Assembly (NCBI GenBank): GCA_964596545.1
Contig: CAZQUP010000008.1
Coordinates: 9,331-63,168 of the forward strand
Length of the DNA stretch: 53,838 nucleotides
Reading direction: 5' to 3'
From: an uncultured Desulfatibacillum sp.
GTDB lineage: Bacteria; Desulfobacterota; Desulfobacteria; Desulfobacterales; SpSt-501
The translations under genes were made by a program, and so were the position numbers. Below are positions 18,953 through 27,600 of this stretch, one piece after another (position 1 is the first letter of the stretch; every line of letters begins with the position of its first letter). A model generated the notes under the pieces. That model was not told the DNA's origin and searched no databases. It saw only the letters and a program-made list of their open reading frames with translations.

Positions 18953-20158
18953 TCAACCCGGCGGGCGCTTCGGCTCGGCGAGCGCCCGCCGCAGGAGCTG
19001 GACGATGTCCAGCACCTCGAGCGGCACGCGGTTGCGGCGTACGTGGCTCGTCATCACCCGCACGCACTGCGGACAGGCGGTGACGACCGCCCGGGCGCCG
19101 GTGGCGAGCACCTCCTCGATCTTCGCCGCGGCGATCCGCGCCGCAAGCTCCGGATCGACCATCTCGAGGTTCCCGCCGCCCCCGCAGCAGAGGCAATCTT
19201 CGCCGTGGCGGGCGAGTTCGACGAGCCGGAGCCCGGGGATCGCGCGCAGGAGTTCCCGCGGAGCCTCGTAGATTCCGGCCCCGCGTCCGAGATCGCAGGG
19301 GTCGTGGTAGGTGACGGGGAGGCGAAGCTCCTGAAGACGCAGCCGCCCCGCGCGCAAAAGAGAAAGCAGCATTTCGGGGGCGGAAAGAAGCTCGATCTCC
19401 GCCCCGTAGTGCTCCTGCCACATGCGGCGGCAGGAGGGGCAAGCGAAGACGACCTTTTTCGCCCCGCGGCCCTTCACGGCGGCGAGATTGTGTTCGCGAA
19501 AGGCAGCGAACATCTCCATCAGGCCGGCCCCGAGCATGGGAAAGCCGCAGCACCACTCTTCTTCGCCCAGCAGCGTGAAGTCCGCCCCGGCCGCTTCCAG
19601 GATCTCGGCCAAGGCGACCGGAATCTTCTGCGCCAGGGGGAAAAAGGACGAGACACACCCGGTGAAGTAAACGACCTCAGCTCGTCCTTTGCAAAAGCCG
19701 TCCGCAGGAGGCCGACGCATCTCCTCCACCCACTCGGCCCGTTCGGCGTTGTCTTCGCCGAAGACGTTTCGGGTCTCGCCGAGGTTGCGGCGGATGGCAT
19801 CGATTTTCGCCGGGAAGCGTTTTCGCCGGACAAGTTCGCCGCGAAGAGCCGTCCAGAGCTCCTTCAGGCGGATCCCGAGGGGGCAGACTGTTTCGCAGCG
19901 TCCGCAGAGCGTGCAACGGAAGGAGTCTTCGGCGAAACGATCGAGCCTCTCCGGATCGGGCGGCCGGCGGCGCAGCAGCCGGGAAAGCAGCCTGCGGTCG
20001 CGGAGAAGAAGCGTCTCCACCCCGCGCAGCCGCGTTAGGGGGGCCAGTCCCCCGCTCGCGGCGGCCGAGGCCGCCGGGCAGACCTCGGCGCACAGCCGGC
20101 AGCGCGTACAGGCGCCGGCCTCGAGCATCTGGCGCAGGCGGAAGCCGGTTCGGCTCAT
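18953..20158 (-). CDS. HdrD/GlpC-like Fe-S oxidoreductase (2x[4Fe-4S] plus two CCG domains)
   Basis: CTRCRLCAEVCP, CTLCGRCETVCP; YFTGC..WCCG..CPSC and YHDPC..CCGGGG..CPQC. Confidence 0.9.
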   Translation of the reverse strand: MSRTGFRLRQMLEAGACTRCRLCAEVCPAASAAASGGLAPLTRLRGVETLLLRDRRLLSRLLRRRPPDPERLDRFAEDSFRCTLCGRCETVCPLGIRLKELWTALRGELVRRKRFPAKIDAIRRNLGETRNVFGEDNAERAEWVEEMRRPPADGFCKGRAEVVYFTGCVSSFFPLAQKIPVALAEILEAAGADFTLLGEEEWCCGFPMLGAGLMEMFAAFREHNLAAVKGRGAKKVVFACPSCRRMWQEHYGAEIELLSAPEMLLSLLRAGRLRLQELRLPVTYHDPCDLGRGAGIYEAPRELLRAIPGLRLVELARHGEDCLCCGGGGNLEMVDPELAARIAAAKIEEVLATGARAVVTACPQCVRVMTSHVRRNRVPLEVLDIVQLLRRALAEPKRPPG

Positions 20159-20577
20159 GGCTTGGCGAACTTTGCAATGTCGGCTGTGAGCCAGGCGCGC
20201 ACGGCCTCGGGCCCGTGGATGAGGCGGGCGAGCTCGGCCTTGTCGTCGGGCCGGATGCGGTACATCCAGCCTTTGCCGTAGCAGTCCTCATTGACGAGAC
20301 CGGGGTTCTCCTCGAGCTCCTCGTTCACCGCCGCGAGCTCTCCGCTCACCGGGGCGTTGATCTTGCCCAGCCACTTGCCGGATTCGACCTTGGCGAAGCG
20401 CTTGCCGGCCTCGAGGCGCTTTCCCGGCTCGGGGAGCTGGACGAAGACGATCTTGCCGGCAAGCTTCTGGGCGAAATCGTCCATGCCCATGACGAGAAGC
20501 TCCCCCTCGTCGCGCACCCAGTAGTGGTCCTTTTCGTAGTAGAGCTCATCGGGCATGAGATAGCCTTCGATCTCCAT
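20155..20577 (-). CDS. GcvH-fold lipoyl carrier protein (LbpA-like)
   Basis: LYY..DHYWV, GMDDFAQ, lipoyl Lys in VESGKW (canonical GcvH has ESVKA), PVSG..VNE, YGKGW. Confidence 0.88.
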   Translation of the reverse strand: MEIEGYLMPDELYYEKDHYWVRDEGELLVMGMDDFAQKLAGKIVFVQLPEPGKRLEAGKRFAKVESGKWLGKINAPVSGELAAVNEELEENPGLVNEDCYGKGWMYRIRPDDKAELARLIHGPEAVRAWLTADIAKFAKP

Positions 20578-22378
20578 GGTCCCCTCCTTCCCCGGAGCGA
20601 TTCCCCGGACGCATGCTCCCCGCGGCCGGCGGCGTCCTCCGCTCGGGGGCCAGAACGCCGGTCTCCTCGCTTCCGAGTGCGATCAGCACCGGTGCGAGCA
20701 GGATGTGAAACATCGGCCCGAAGGGGATCCAGGCGACGAAGATCCCCGTGAGCACCGCATGCAGGTACCAGACCGGCACATAGAGCTCATCCAAGCCCGG
20801 CCGGCCGTGAAAGATTCGCGCCAGCCCGTCCCCCACGAAGGCGAAGGCCGCGCCGGGCGGGTGCCCCGACATCGCGATCCGCATCCCCTCGAGCAGAAAA
20901 CCCGCGGCGGCGATCGCGGCAAGCAGCGCCGAGCCCGCCCAGGCCCCGCCGGGAAGGCCGGGAAGGCCTTTTCCGTCCTCGAAGCACCGCCGCAGCAGGG
21001 CGCAGGCGGCGCCGACAAGGAGCGCAAGCCCGGTCAGCTCGAAGAAAAGCGCGAAAAGCGTGGCCCGGCAATCGAAGAGAACCCAGGGCCAAGCGCTCGC
21101 TTTCGCCCAAAGCGAGCCGGCAAGAGCGACCAGCCCCCACAGGCAACGCAGGCCGATCGGCCAGGCGATCAGCGCATGGATCAGCCAGCGGCCGCGGTCA
21201 CATTGGAAAAGCCTCTGCTGGAACAGGCCCTCCAGCACGAAACGCGTAAGCCTGCGGCGTAGCGCGTGCCGCCGCTCTCGGCCGAGCCGCGGAGCGCCCT
21301 CCGTCGCCCCGGCGCTCAAGGAGAAGATTCTCCCCCCTCCCGTCGCCCCGAACCAGAAATAAAGGCTGCCGACGATCCCCCCTCCAAAAATGAACAACGC
21401 CACGGAAGTCACGGGATCGGCCGAAGAGAGGGTCCCGGGATGGCAGGGCAGGCAAAGCACCCCCTTGGGCGGAAGCGCCACGGCGGCCGCTCCGACCGGG
21501 TTTCTTATGTGGTGGCAGCGGCGGCAGCCATCCCTGTCGGAGGCGGCGGTCATGTCGTGGCCGATCGCCGCCGCGGGGGGCCGTACCGCCGTCACCCGAC
21601 CGGTTGTCGGATCGCGGCGAGCTGTGACCCCCTTTAGATGGCAGGCGGTGCAAGAAACCGCCAAGTGGGGGTCGTGGGCGACCGTCGCGTCGTGGCGGGT
21701 GTGGCAGGCCAGGCAATCGACCCGGGCTTGGCCCGCATGGGCGTAACGGGCGGCCTCGCGGTGGCAGGAAAGACAGGAAAAATTTCCATGCGGGCGAAAC
21801 GAGGTCTCTTCCGTCGCCAGAAGGGGTGCCGCCGCGAAAGGCCCTGCCGCATCGGCGGCCGCCTGCTCGCCGTGGCAGGAGAAGCAAAGCCGCCGGCCGC
21901 CCTCGGCCGCCTCGGGGCTCAGAGGATCCCGGAGCCGGTGGCAGACCATGCAGGCCTCTTCGGCCGGGGGGAGAGGGGGCGGCGCTTTTCGCTCTTCGTG
22001 GCAGCGGGCGCAGGAAACCGGTTCCTCCAGGGCCCCGGCGGCGGGTGCGTGCGGGTCGTGGCAGGCGACGCAGCGTCCGTAGTCCATCCCCGCCGCGAGG
22101 GTCTTGCCGGCATGGCGCTCCACTTTCAGCTCCTCGAGGACCTCGGCGTGGCACTCGGCGCATCGGCCGGGGTCGAAGGCTCCCCCGGCGAAATTTTTCG
22201 GCTCGGGGTGACGGGGCCGCCGGTCGATGTCGGCATGGCAGTCGCGACAGAGCATACGCCCATGGCCGGAGGCATGCCAGCGTGCTTCGTCCACCAGCCA
22301 GCCGCCTTCCGCTCCCCCCGGCGGGAGGAGGAGGCCGAGGAAGAGCAGCCCGAACAGAACTCGTGAGCCCGCACGCAC
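20546..22378 (-). CDS. Multiheme cytochrome c (11 CxxCH) fused to a NarI/HdrE-like membrane domain
   Basis: Signal peptide; CRDCH, CAECH, CVACH, CARCH, CMVCH, CFSCH, CLSCH, CLACH, CTACH, CRRCH, CLPCH; then about five TM helices with RWLIH and WYLH-x17-H. GTG start at 22378 is inferred. Confidence 0.85.
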   Translation of the reverse strand: MRAGSRVLFGLLFLGLLLPPGGAEGGWLVDEARWHASGHGRMLCRDCHADIDRRPRHPEPKNFAGGAFDPGRCAECHAEVLEELKVERHAGKTLAAGMDYGRCVACHDPHAPAAGALEEPVSCARCHEERKAPPPLPPAEEACMVCHRLRDPLSPEAAEGGRRLCFSCHGEQAAADAAGPFAAAPLLATEETSFRPHGNFSCLSCHREAARYAHAGQARVDCLACHTRHDATVAHDPHLAVSCTACHLKGVTARRDPTTGRVTAVRPPAAAIGHDMTAASDRDGCRRCHHIRNPVGAAAVALPPKGVLCLPCHPGTLSSADPVTSVALFIFGGGIVGSLYFWFGATGGGRIFSLSAGATEGAPRLGRERRHALRRRLTRFVLEGLFQQRLFQCDRGRWLIHALIAWPIGLRCLWGLVALAGSLWAKASAWPWVLFDCRATLFALFFELTGLALLVGAACALLRRCFEDGKGLPGLPGGAWAGSALLAAIAAAGFLLEGMRIAMSGHPPGAAFAFVGDGLARIFHGRPGLDELYVPVWYLHAVLTGIFVAWIPFGPMFHILLAPVLIALGSEETGVLAPERRTPPAAGSMRPGNRSGEGGDHGDRRLSHAR

Positions 22379-22385
22379 CGTCTTC

Positions 22386-23756
22386 TCAAGGGAGATAGAT
22401 GGCCCAGCCGAGCGCCTCGCGCGCCGCTTCGGATAAGGACTCGGCGATCGTGGGGTGCGGCAGCGCCGCGCGGGCGAGCTCCTCGAGGGTGGCCTCCATC
22501 TGCAGGGCGAGCGCCCCCGCGCCGATGATCTCGGTGGCAAACGGGGCGAGCACATGGACCCCCAGAAGCTCGCCGTAGCGTTTGTCGCCCACGACCTTGA
22601 CCACCCCGTGGGCCGCCCCCTGGATCATGGCCATCGGCGTCGCCGCGACCGCCGCCGTTCCCGTGACGACATCATATCCCGCCTCCTCGGCCTCCTCTTC
22701 GCCGAGACCCACAGAGGCCGCCTGCGGGCTGGTGAAGGCGATCCGGGGAACCATGCGCGGGTCATAGGTCCGGGCCGCCCCCAGGGCGTTTTCGGCGGCG
22801 AGGATCCCCATGGCCGTCGATCCGTGGGAAAGGTCGGGAAAGCAACCGGTCGCATCGCCCACGGCGAAGATGCCGGGAACGGCGGTTTGCAGCTGTTCGT
22901 TCACCCGCAGGTCCTTCAGCCCGACCGATTCGAGGCCGAGATCCTCAAGGGCGGGGCGGCGCTCGAAATGGATCACCCGCTCGAAGGGCCGCGTCTCCTC
23001 GCGGTCTTTCACGGAAAGCGCGACCGCAAGGCCCCCTTCGGGATTCCTGGCCGCCCGGATCACGCGGCATCCGGCAAGAAAGGCCAGCGGGTCGTTTTTC
23101 CAGGCGGCGCGCAGCCGCTGGCCGATTTCGGGGTCGAAACCCGGAAGCAGCCCGCGCTCGCGCGCCGCCACGGTGACGCGGCAGCCGCAGGCGGAGAGAA
23201 ACTGGGCCCACTCGAGCGCCCAGGGGCCCGCGCCGAGCAGGAGGGCCGAGGCGGGAATCTTCGCCTCCTCGAGCAACCGCGCGGGGTGGACCACGGCCTC
23301 GAGATCGGCGCCCGGAAAATCCGGACGGACCCAGGCGGCGCCGACGGCGAGAATGACGACTTTCGCCTCATAGGGGGATTCGCCCACGACCACGCGGCCG
23401 GGTCCGGCAAGACGCCCGCGGCCGGCCAACAGCGACACCTTCTTCGCCTTGAGCAGCCCCTCCGTCCCCATGGCGAAATAGGAGACGAGCTCGTCTTTCA
23501 AGCCGAAGAGGGCCCCGGGGTCGATTTCGCCGGCCACATCCCGCAGTCCCAAACGCGCCGCCGCCGCCAGCCCCCGGCGGCGCTCCACCGCGGCCGCGAA
23601 GAGTTTGGTCGGTACACAGGCGCGGTTCAGGCAGAACCCTCCCCAGTGCACGGCCTCCACAAGGGCGGTCTTCGCCCCGAGCTGGCTTGCCCGGACGGCG
23701 GCCGCCACCCCGCCCGGACCGGCGCCGATCACGATCACATCATAGGACTCCGCCAC
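22386..23756 (-). CDS. lpdA: Dihydrolipoamide dehydrogenase (E3)-like flavoprotein with atypical pyridine-nucleotide site
   Basis: GAGPGG FAD motif, GGFCLNRACVPTK redox disulfide, HPTIAE. The second Rossmann motif reads GAGPWALE. Confidence 0.82.
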   Translation of the reverse strand: MAESYDVIVIGAGPGGVAAAVRASQLGAKTALVEAVHWGGFCLNRACVPTKLFAAAVERRRGLAAAARLGLRDVAGEIDPGALFGLKDELVSYFAMGTEGLLKAKKVSLLAGRGRLAGPGRVVVGESPYEAKVVILAVGAAWVRPDFPGADLEAVVHPARLLEEAKIPASALLLGAGPWALEWAQFLSACGCRVTVAARERGLLPGFDPEIGQRLRAAWKNDPLAFLAGCRVIRAARNPEGGLAVALSVKDREETRPFERVIHFERRPALEDLGLESVGLKDLRVNEQLQTAVPGIFAVGDATGCFPDLSHGSTAMGILAAENALGAARTYDPRMVPRIAFTSPQAASVGLGEEEAEEAGYDVVTGTAAVAATPMAMIQGAAHGVVKVVGDKRYGELLGVHVLAPFATEIIGAGALALQMEATLEELARAALPHPTIAESLSEAAREALGWAIYLP

Positions 23757-23789
23757 GGTTTCCTCGCCTCCCGGGATCGTTTCCGAGTC

Positions 23790-24998
23790 TCACAGCATGA
23801 GCGCCGGTTCTTCGACGAAGCGGCTGACGGTCTGGAGAAAAGCCGCGCCGGCCGCCCCGTCGATGATGCGGTGGTCGAAGGTGAGGGAGAGCGCGATCCG
23901 CGCCTCGAGGCGCACCTCGCCGGCAACGGCGACCGGTTTTTCTTCGATGCGGCCGATCCCTAAAATCGCGCTCTCGGGGGGGTTCACGATCGGCGTAAAG
24001 CGATCGACCCCCCAGGCCCCCAGATTGGTGAGGGTGAAGGTCCCCAGATTCAGCTCATCCAAGGTGAGCCGCCCGGCCCGGCCCGCCGCGGCGAGACGCT
24101 GCAAGTCGGCCTCGATCTCCTCAAGCGTTTTCGCGTCCGCGTGGCGCACCTTGGGGACGAAGAGCCCGTTTCCGAAGTCCATCGCCACCCCTACGTGGAT
24201 TTCCCGCCAGACGCGGATCACCTCCCCCTCGACGGAGGCGTTCATCCGGGGATGACGGCGCAGAGCCCGGGAGATCGCTTGAACGAAGAAGGCGTTATAG
24301 GAGACGGGCGCACCGGCCTCTTTTCTTTTCCGTCGTAACCGCAGCAACGCTTCGGCCGAGGCCTCGGTGTGCATCGTGATCTGGGCCTGGGAGGCGAGGC
24401 TGGTGTGCATGTTGCGGAAGATCGCCCGCCGCACGCCGATGATCGGGATCTCCTCGAGCACGGTCAGCGCGCTTTCCCCGGCGGCGCCAATCGGGGGGGC
24501 TTTCGGAGCGGGGCGGGGTTCTTCGAGCGCGCGCAACACGTCCGCCCGCACGATGCGCCCCGCGGGGCCGGAGCCCGTAAGGGCGGCAAGGTCGACCCCG
24601 TGGGCCCGCGCGATCGCCCGCGCGGCCGGCGAGGCCTTGATGCGGGCGGAGGGGGGTGCGGGCGCAACCGCGGCGGAAGGACGAGCGGAGGCGGCCACCT
24701 CGGGAGTCACGGCCGCGGCGGGCTTTTCCGCGGCAAGTCGCGCGAGTTCGGCCGCATCGGCGGCGAGATAGCCCACGACTTCGCCCACCGCGATCCGGCT
24801 GCAGGTCCAAAGCGGTGCGCACCTCGTCGCTAAGATCAGTGAGCGCGGCGACATGGCGGCGAAGGTGACCTTGTCGGTTTCCAGAACGAGAACGATCTCC
24901 TCCTTGCGGACCCGCGCGCCGGGGGCCGCCTTCCAGGCGACAAGCACCGCCTCTTCCATGGTTAGTCCGAGCTTGGGGACCGCGATTTCGATCGCCAT
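23790..24998 (-). CDS. acoC: Dihydrolipoamide acyltransferase (E2)
   Basis: PKLGLTMEEA..ETDK lipoyl site, ASPAAR..GSGPAGRI binding domain, FDHRIIDG catalytic motif. The aco symbol is from context. Confidence 0.8.
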   Translation of the reverse strand: MAIEIAVPKLGLTMEEAVLVAWKAAPGARVRKEEIVLVLETDKVTFAAMSPRSLILATRCAPLWTCSRIAVGEVVGYLAADAAELARLAAEKPAAAVTPEVAASARPSAAVAPAPPSARIKASPAARAIARAHGVDLAALTGSGPAGRIVRADVLRALEEPRPAPKAPPIGAAGESALTVLEEIPIIGVRRAIFRNMHTSLASQAQITMHTEASAEALLRLRRKRKEAGAPVSYNAFFVQAISRALRRHPRMNASVEGEVIRVWREIHVGVAMDFGNGLFVPKVRHADAKTLEEIEADLQRLAAAGRAGRLTLDELNLGTFTLTNLGAWGVDRFTPIVNPPESAILGIGRIEEKPVAVAGEVRLEARIALSLTFDHRIIDGAAGAAFLQTVSRFVEEPALML

Positions 24999-25013
24999 AC
25001 GCTTTCGCCTTTC

Positions 25014-25997
25014 TCAGCGGTTGCAGACGCTGCGGGCGGCCGCGACGACGTCGGCCGCCCGGGGCAAAACGAAGTCCTCCAGCGGGGGCGAAAAGGGAAT
25101 CGGCACGTCCTTCGCCGCGACCCGCAAAACCGGGGCGTCGAGGAAATCGAAGAGCTCGGCCTGGATGCGCGCGGCGAGCTCCGCACCGAAGCCCCCCGTC
25201 AGACAGGCCTCGTGCACGATGACCGCCCGGAAGGTCTTGCGCAGCGAGGCGGCGACGGTATCGAAATCAAGCGGCTTGAGCGTCCGCAGATCCACGATCT
25301 CGGCCTCGATCCCTCCGCGGGCGAGCTCCTCTGCGGCCTCCCGGCACAGGAAGTACCCCGAGCCGTAGGTGAAAAGGGTGAGGTCCCGCCCCTCGCGCTT
25401 GACCGCCGCCCGGCCGAGGGGGATGAGGAACTCGGGGTCCTCGGGCACCGGGCCCTCGCGACGGAAGAGACGCTTGTGCTGGAAGAACATGACCGGATTG
25501 TCGTCGCGGATCGAGGCCTTCATCAGCCCCTTCACATCGGCCGGCTCGGAGGGGACGACCACCTTGAGCCCCGGGGTGTGGACGAACCAGGCCTCAAGCG
25601 ACTGGCTGTGCTGGGCCGCGGCGCGCAGGCCGGCGCCGTCCGGGCACCAGACGACGAGCGGCAGTTTCACCTGGCCGCCGAACATGTAACGGATCTTCGC
25701 CGCCTGGTTGCAGAGCTCGTCCATGCCGCAGGTCACGAAGTCCGAAAAATGGAAATCGACGATCGGCCGCATGCCGGTCAGCGCAGCCCCCACGCCGCAG
25801 CCGGCGATGCAGGTCTCGCTGATCGGGGTGTCGAGGATGCGGTCCGGGAACTTCTCGGGAATGCCCTTGAACTGTCCGAAAATCCCGGCATGGGCGGTCA
25901 GGTCTTCGCCGAGGATGAAGATCCGCTCGTCGCGGGTCATCTCCTCGATCAGGGCCTCGGCCAGCGCGGCCGAGGCGCTCAACAGGCGATCGCTCAT
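25014..25997 (-). CDS. acoB: TPP-dependent dehydrogenase E1 beta subunit (acetoin dehydrogenase-like)
   Basis: ILGED, DTPISE, NQAAKIRYMFGG, AAAQHSQSLE, DLRTLKPLD. Confidence 0.8.
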   Translation of the reverse strand: MSDRLLSASAALAEALIEEMTRDERIFILGEDLTAHAGIFGQFKGIPEKFPDRILDTPISETCIAGCGVGAALTGMRPIVDFHFSDFVTCGMDELCNQAAKIRYMFGGQVKLPLVVWCPDGAGLRAAAQHSQSLEAWFVHTPGLKVVVPSEPADVKGLMKASIRDDNPVMFFQHKRLFRREGPVPEDPEFLIPLGRAAVKREGRDLTLFTYGSGYFLCREAAEELARGGIEAEIVDLRTLKPLDFDTVAASLRKTFRAVIVHEACLTGGFGAELAARIQAELFDFLDAPVLRVAAKDVPIPFSPPLEDFVLPRAADVVAAARSVCNR

Positions 25998-26061
25998 CTC
26001 CTCCCTCCTTTTCGCCGCGGGGGCCGTCCCGGCGGCCGGATCCGCTGCAGCCGCGCGATTC

Positions 26062-27054
26062 TCAGGCGAAGAGGTCTTCGAGCGCCTCCTCCGGACGCGG
26101 GAAGGGGCTTTCCTTCGCGAAGGCGACCGCGGCGTCGAGCTCGGCGCGGACCTCCTCCTCGATGCGCCGGATCTTCCTGGCGGTCAGCACCCCGCGCCGG
26201 CGCAGATATTCTTCAAAGCGGCGGATCGGATCGTTTTCCGCCTGCCAGCGCTGCACCTCGGAGGGATCGCGGTACTTCTGGGGATCGCCCTCGAAGTGGC
26301 CGCGCACGCGGTAGGTCTTGTTTTCGATCAAGCTCGGTCCCTCGCCGGCCCGTGCCGCGGCCACGGCCTTGCGCGTCGCCTCGCGCACGGCGAGCACATC
26401 GTTGCCGTCGACTCCGTAGCCCGGCATGTTGTAAGCCGCCGCCCGCAGGCAGAGATCCCCGACGGCGCAGGCGTAGCTCTGCGGGGTCGTCGAGGCGTAG
26501 CGGTTGTTCTCGATGACGAAGAGGACCGGAAGCCTCCAGATCGAGGCGAGATTCATCGCCTCGTGCACCGGCCCGCGGTTGGCGGCTCCGTCGCCGAAGA
26601 AGACGACCGCCACCTGGTCGGTCCGGCGCAATTTGATCGAAAGCCCCGCCCCCACGATCAGGGGGAGGCCCCCGGCGACGACACCGTTTGCCCCCAGGAT
26701 GCCGATCGAGAAATCGGCGATGTGCATGGAGCCGCCCTTGCCCTTGCAGTAGCCCGTCGCCTTGCCGAAAAGCTCGGCCGTCATGCGCCGGACATCGGCG
26801 CCCTTGGCGATCATGTGGCCGTGGCCCCGGTGGGTGGTCGCCACGTAGTCGTCGGGCCGCAGGCAGGAGCAGACCCCCACGCTGGAGCCTTCCTGCCCGA
26901 TCGAGAGATGGATGAAGCCGGGGATCTGACCGGCCGCGAAGTACTCCCCGGCCATGGTTTCGAAGAGCCGGATCTTCACCATCGTCCGGTACATCGTCCG
27001 CCAGGCCGTCTTTTCGACCGGGCGATCGTCCTTGCGCTCCTTCTCTTTGGCCAT
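26062..27054 (-). CDS. acoA: TPP-dependent dehydrogenase E1 alpha subunit (acetoin dehydrogenase-like)
   Basis: IPGFIHLSIGQE, THRGHGH, GKGGSMH, GDGA...ENN TPP motif, GHFEGD. Confidence 0.8.
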   Translation of the reverse strand: MAKEKERKDDRPVEKTAWRTMYRTMVKIRLFETMAGEYFAAGQIPGFIHLSIGQEGSSVGVCSCLRPDDYVATTHRGHGHMIAKGADVRRMTAELFGKATGYCKGKGGSMHIADFSIGILGANGVVAGGLPLIVGAGLSIKLRRTDQVAVVFFGDGAANRGPVHEAMNLASIWRLPVLFVIENNRYASTTPQSYACAVGDLCLRAAAYNMPGYGVDGNDVLAVREATRKAVAAARAGEGPSLIENKTYRVRGHFEGDPQKYRDPSEVQRWQAENDPIRRFEEYLRRRGVLTARKIRRIEEEVRAELDAAVAFAKESPFPRPEEALEDLFA

Positions 27055-27088
27055 AAGCCTCCTTTCCCGGCGGCGGCGACCGGCCGCC

Positions 27089-27574
27089 TCAGGACGCGGG
27101 GTCTTCGCTTTCGCGGAAGCCGAGGACCTTCATTTCCACCGCGGGATCGAAGCGCCGCAGGGCCTCGATCCCGGCGAGTACGCCCAGAGTCACCTCGCAG
27201 GTGATGAGCACCGGGGCGGAGCCCGCGATCAGATGCCCGCCGTGGCAGCGGGCGGATCCGTCGCTCACGAGGGCATGCACGTGCAGGTAACGCCCGCCGT
27301 CCTCTTCCAAGCCGATGGTCCCCTGGGTACCGACGAGTTCGAGAGGTCCCTCGATCGCGATCGGCTCGCCGTAGCCTCCCCCCGCCTTGTTGGGAAGCGG
27401 GACCGCGGTGAAAAGCGAGGCGCGCCGGAGGCTTCCGATCGCCGCGAGCACGACGGCGCAGGAAATCCCCCGCTCGCGGCAGACCTGCTCGATCCCCGCA
27501 AGCACATCGCAGCCCGGCTCAAGGCGGAAGGAGACGACCGTTCGGATTCCGCCCGCGGCATGCCCAATGTTCAT
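27089..27574 (-). CDS. DUF296/PPC domain protein
   Basis: FRLEPGCD, AIGSL, HVHALVSD..GGHL..TCEV. Start trimmed to MNIGHA. Confidence 0.85.
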   Translation of the reverse strand: MNIGHAAGGIRTVVSFRLEPGCDVLAGIEQVCRERGISCAVVLAAIGSLRRASLFTAVPLPNKAGGGYGEPIAIEGPLELVGTQGTIGLEEDGGRYLHVHALVSDGSARCHGGHLIAGSAPVLITCEVTLGVLAGIEALRRFDPAVEMKVLGFRESEDPAS

Positions 27575-27600
27575 CGTTTCTTCCCCTTCCTCCGACTTCG

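Noticed and set aside
17856-19658. 600-aa lipoate ligase as listed in the ORF track; similar over-long N-termini for narJ, dctP (32215), Zn-ADH, DUF296 and PIG-L
   Set aside because: The extensions overlap upstream genes in another frame; internal starts with RBSs give normal family lengths.
20155-20577. Glycine cleavage system
   Set aside because: No gcvP or gcvT in the window and the lipoyl motif is not the canonical ESVKA.
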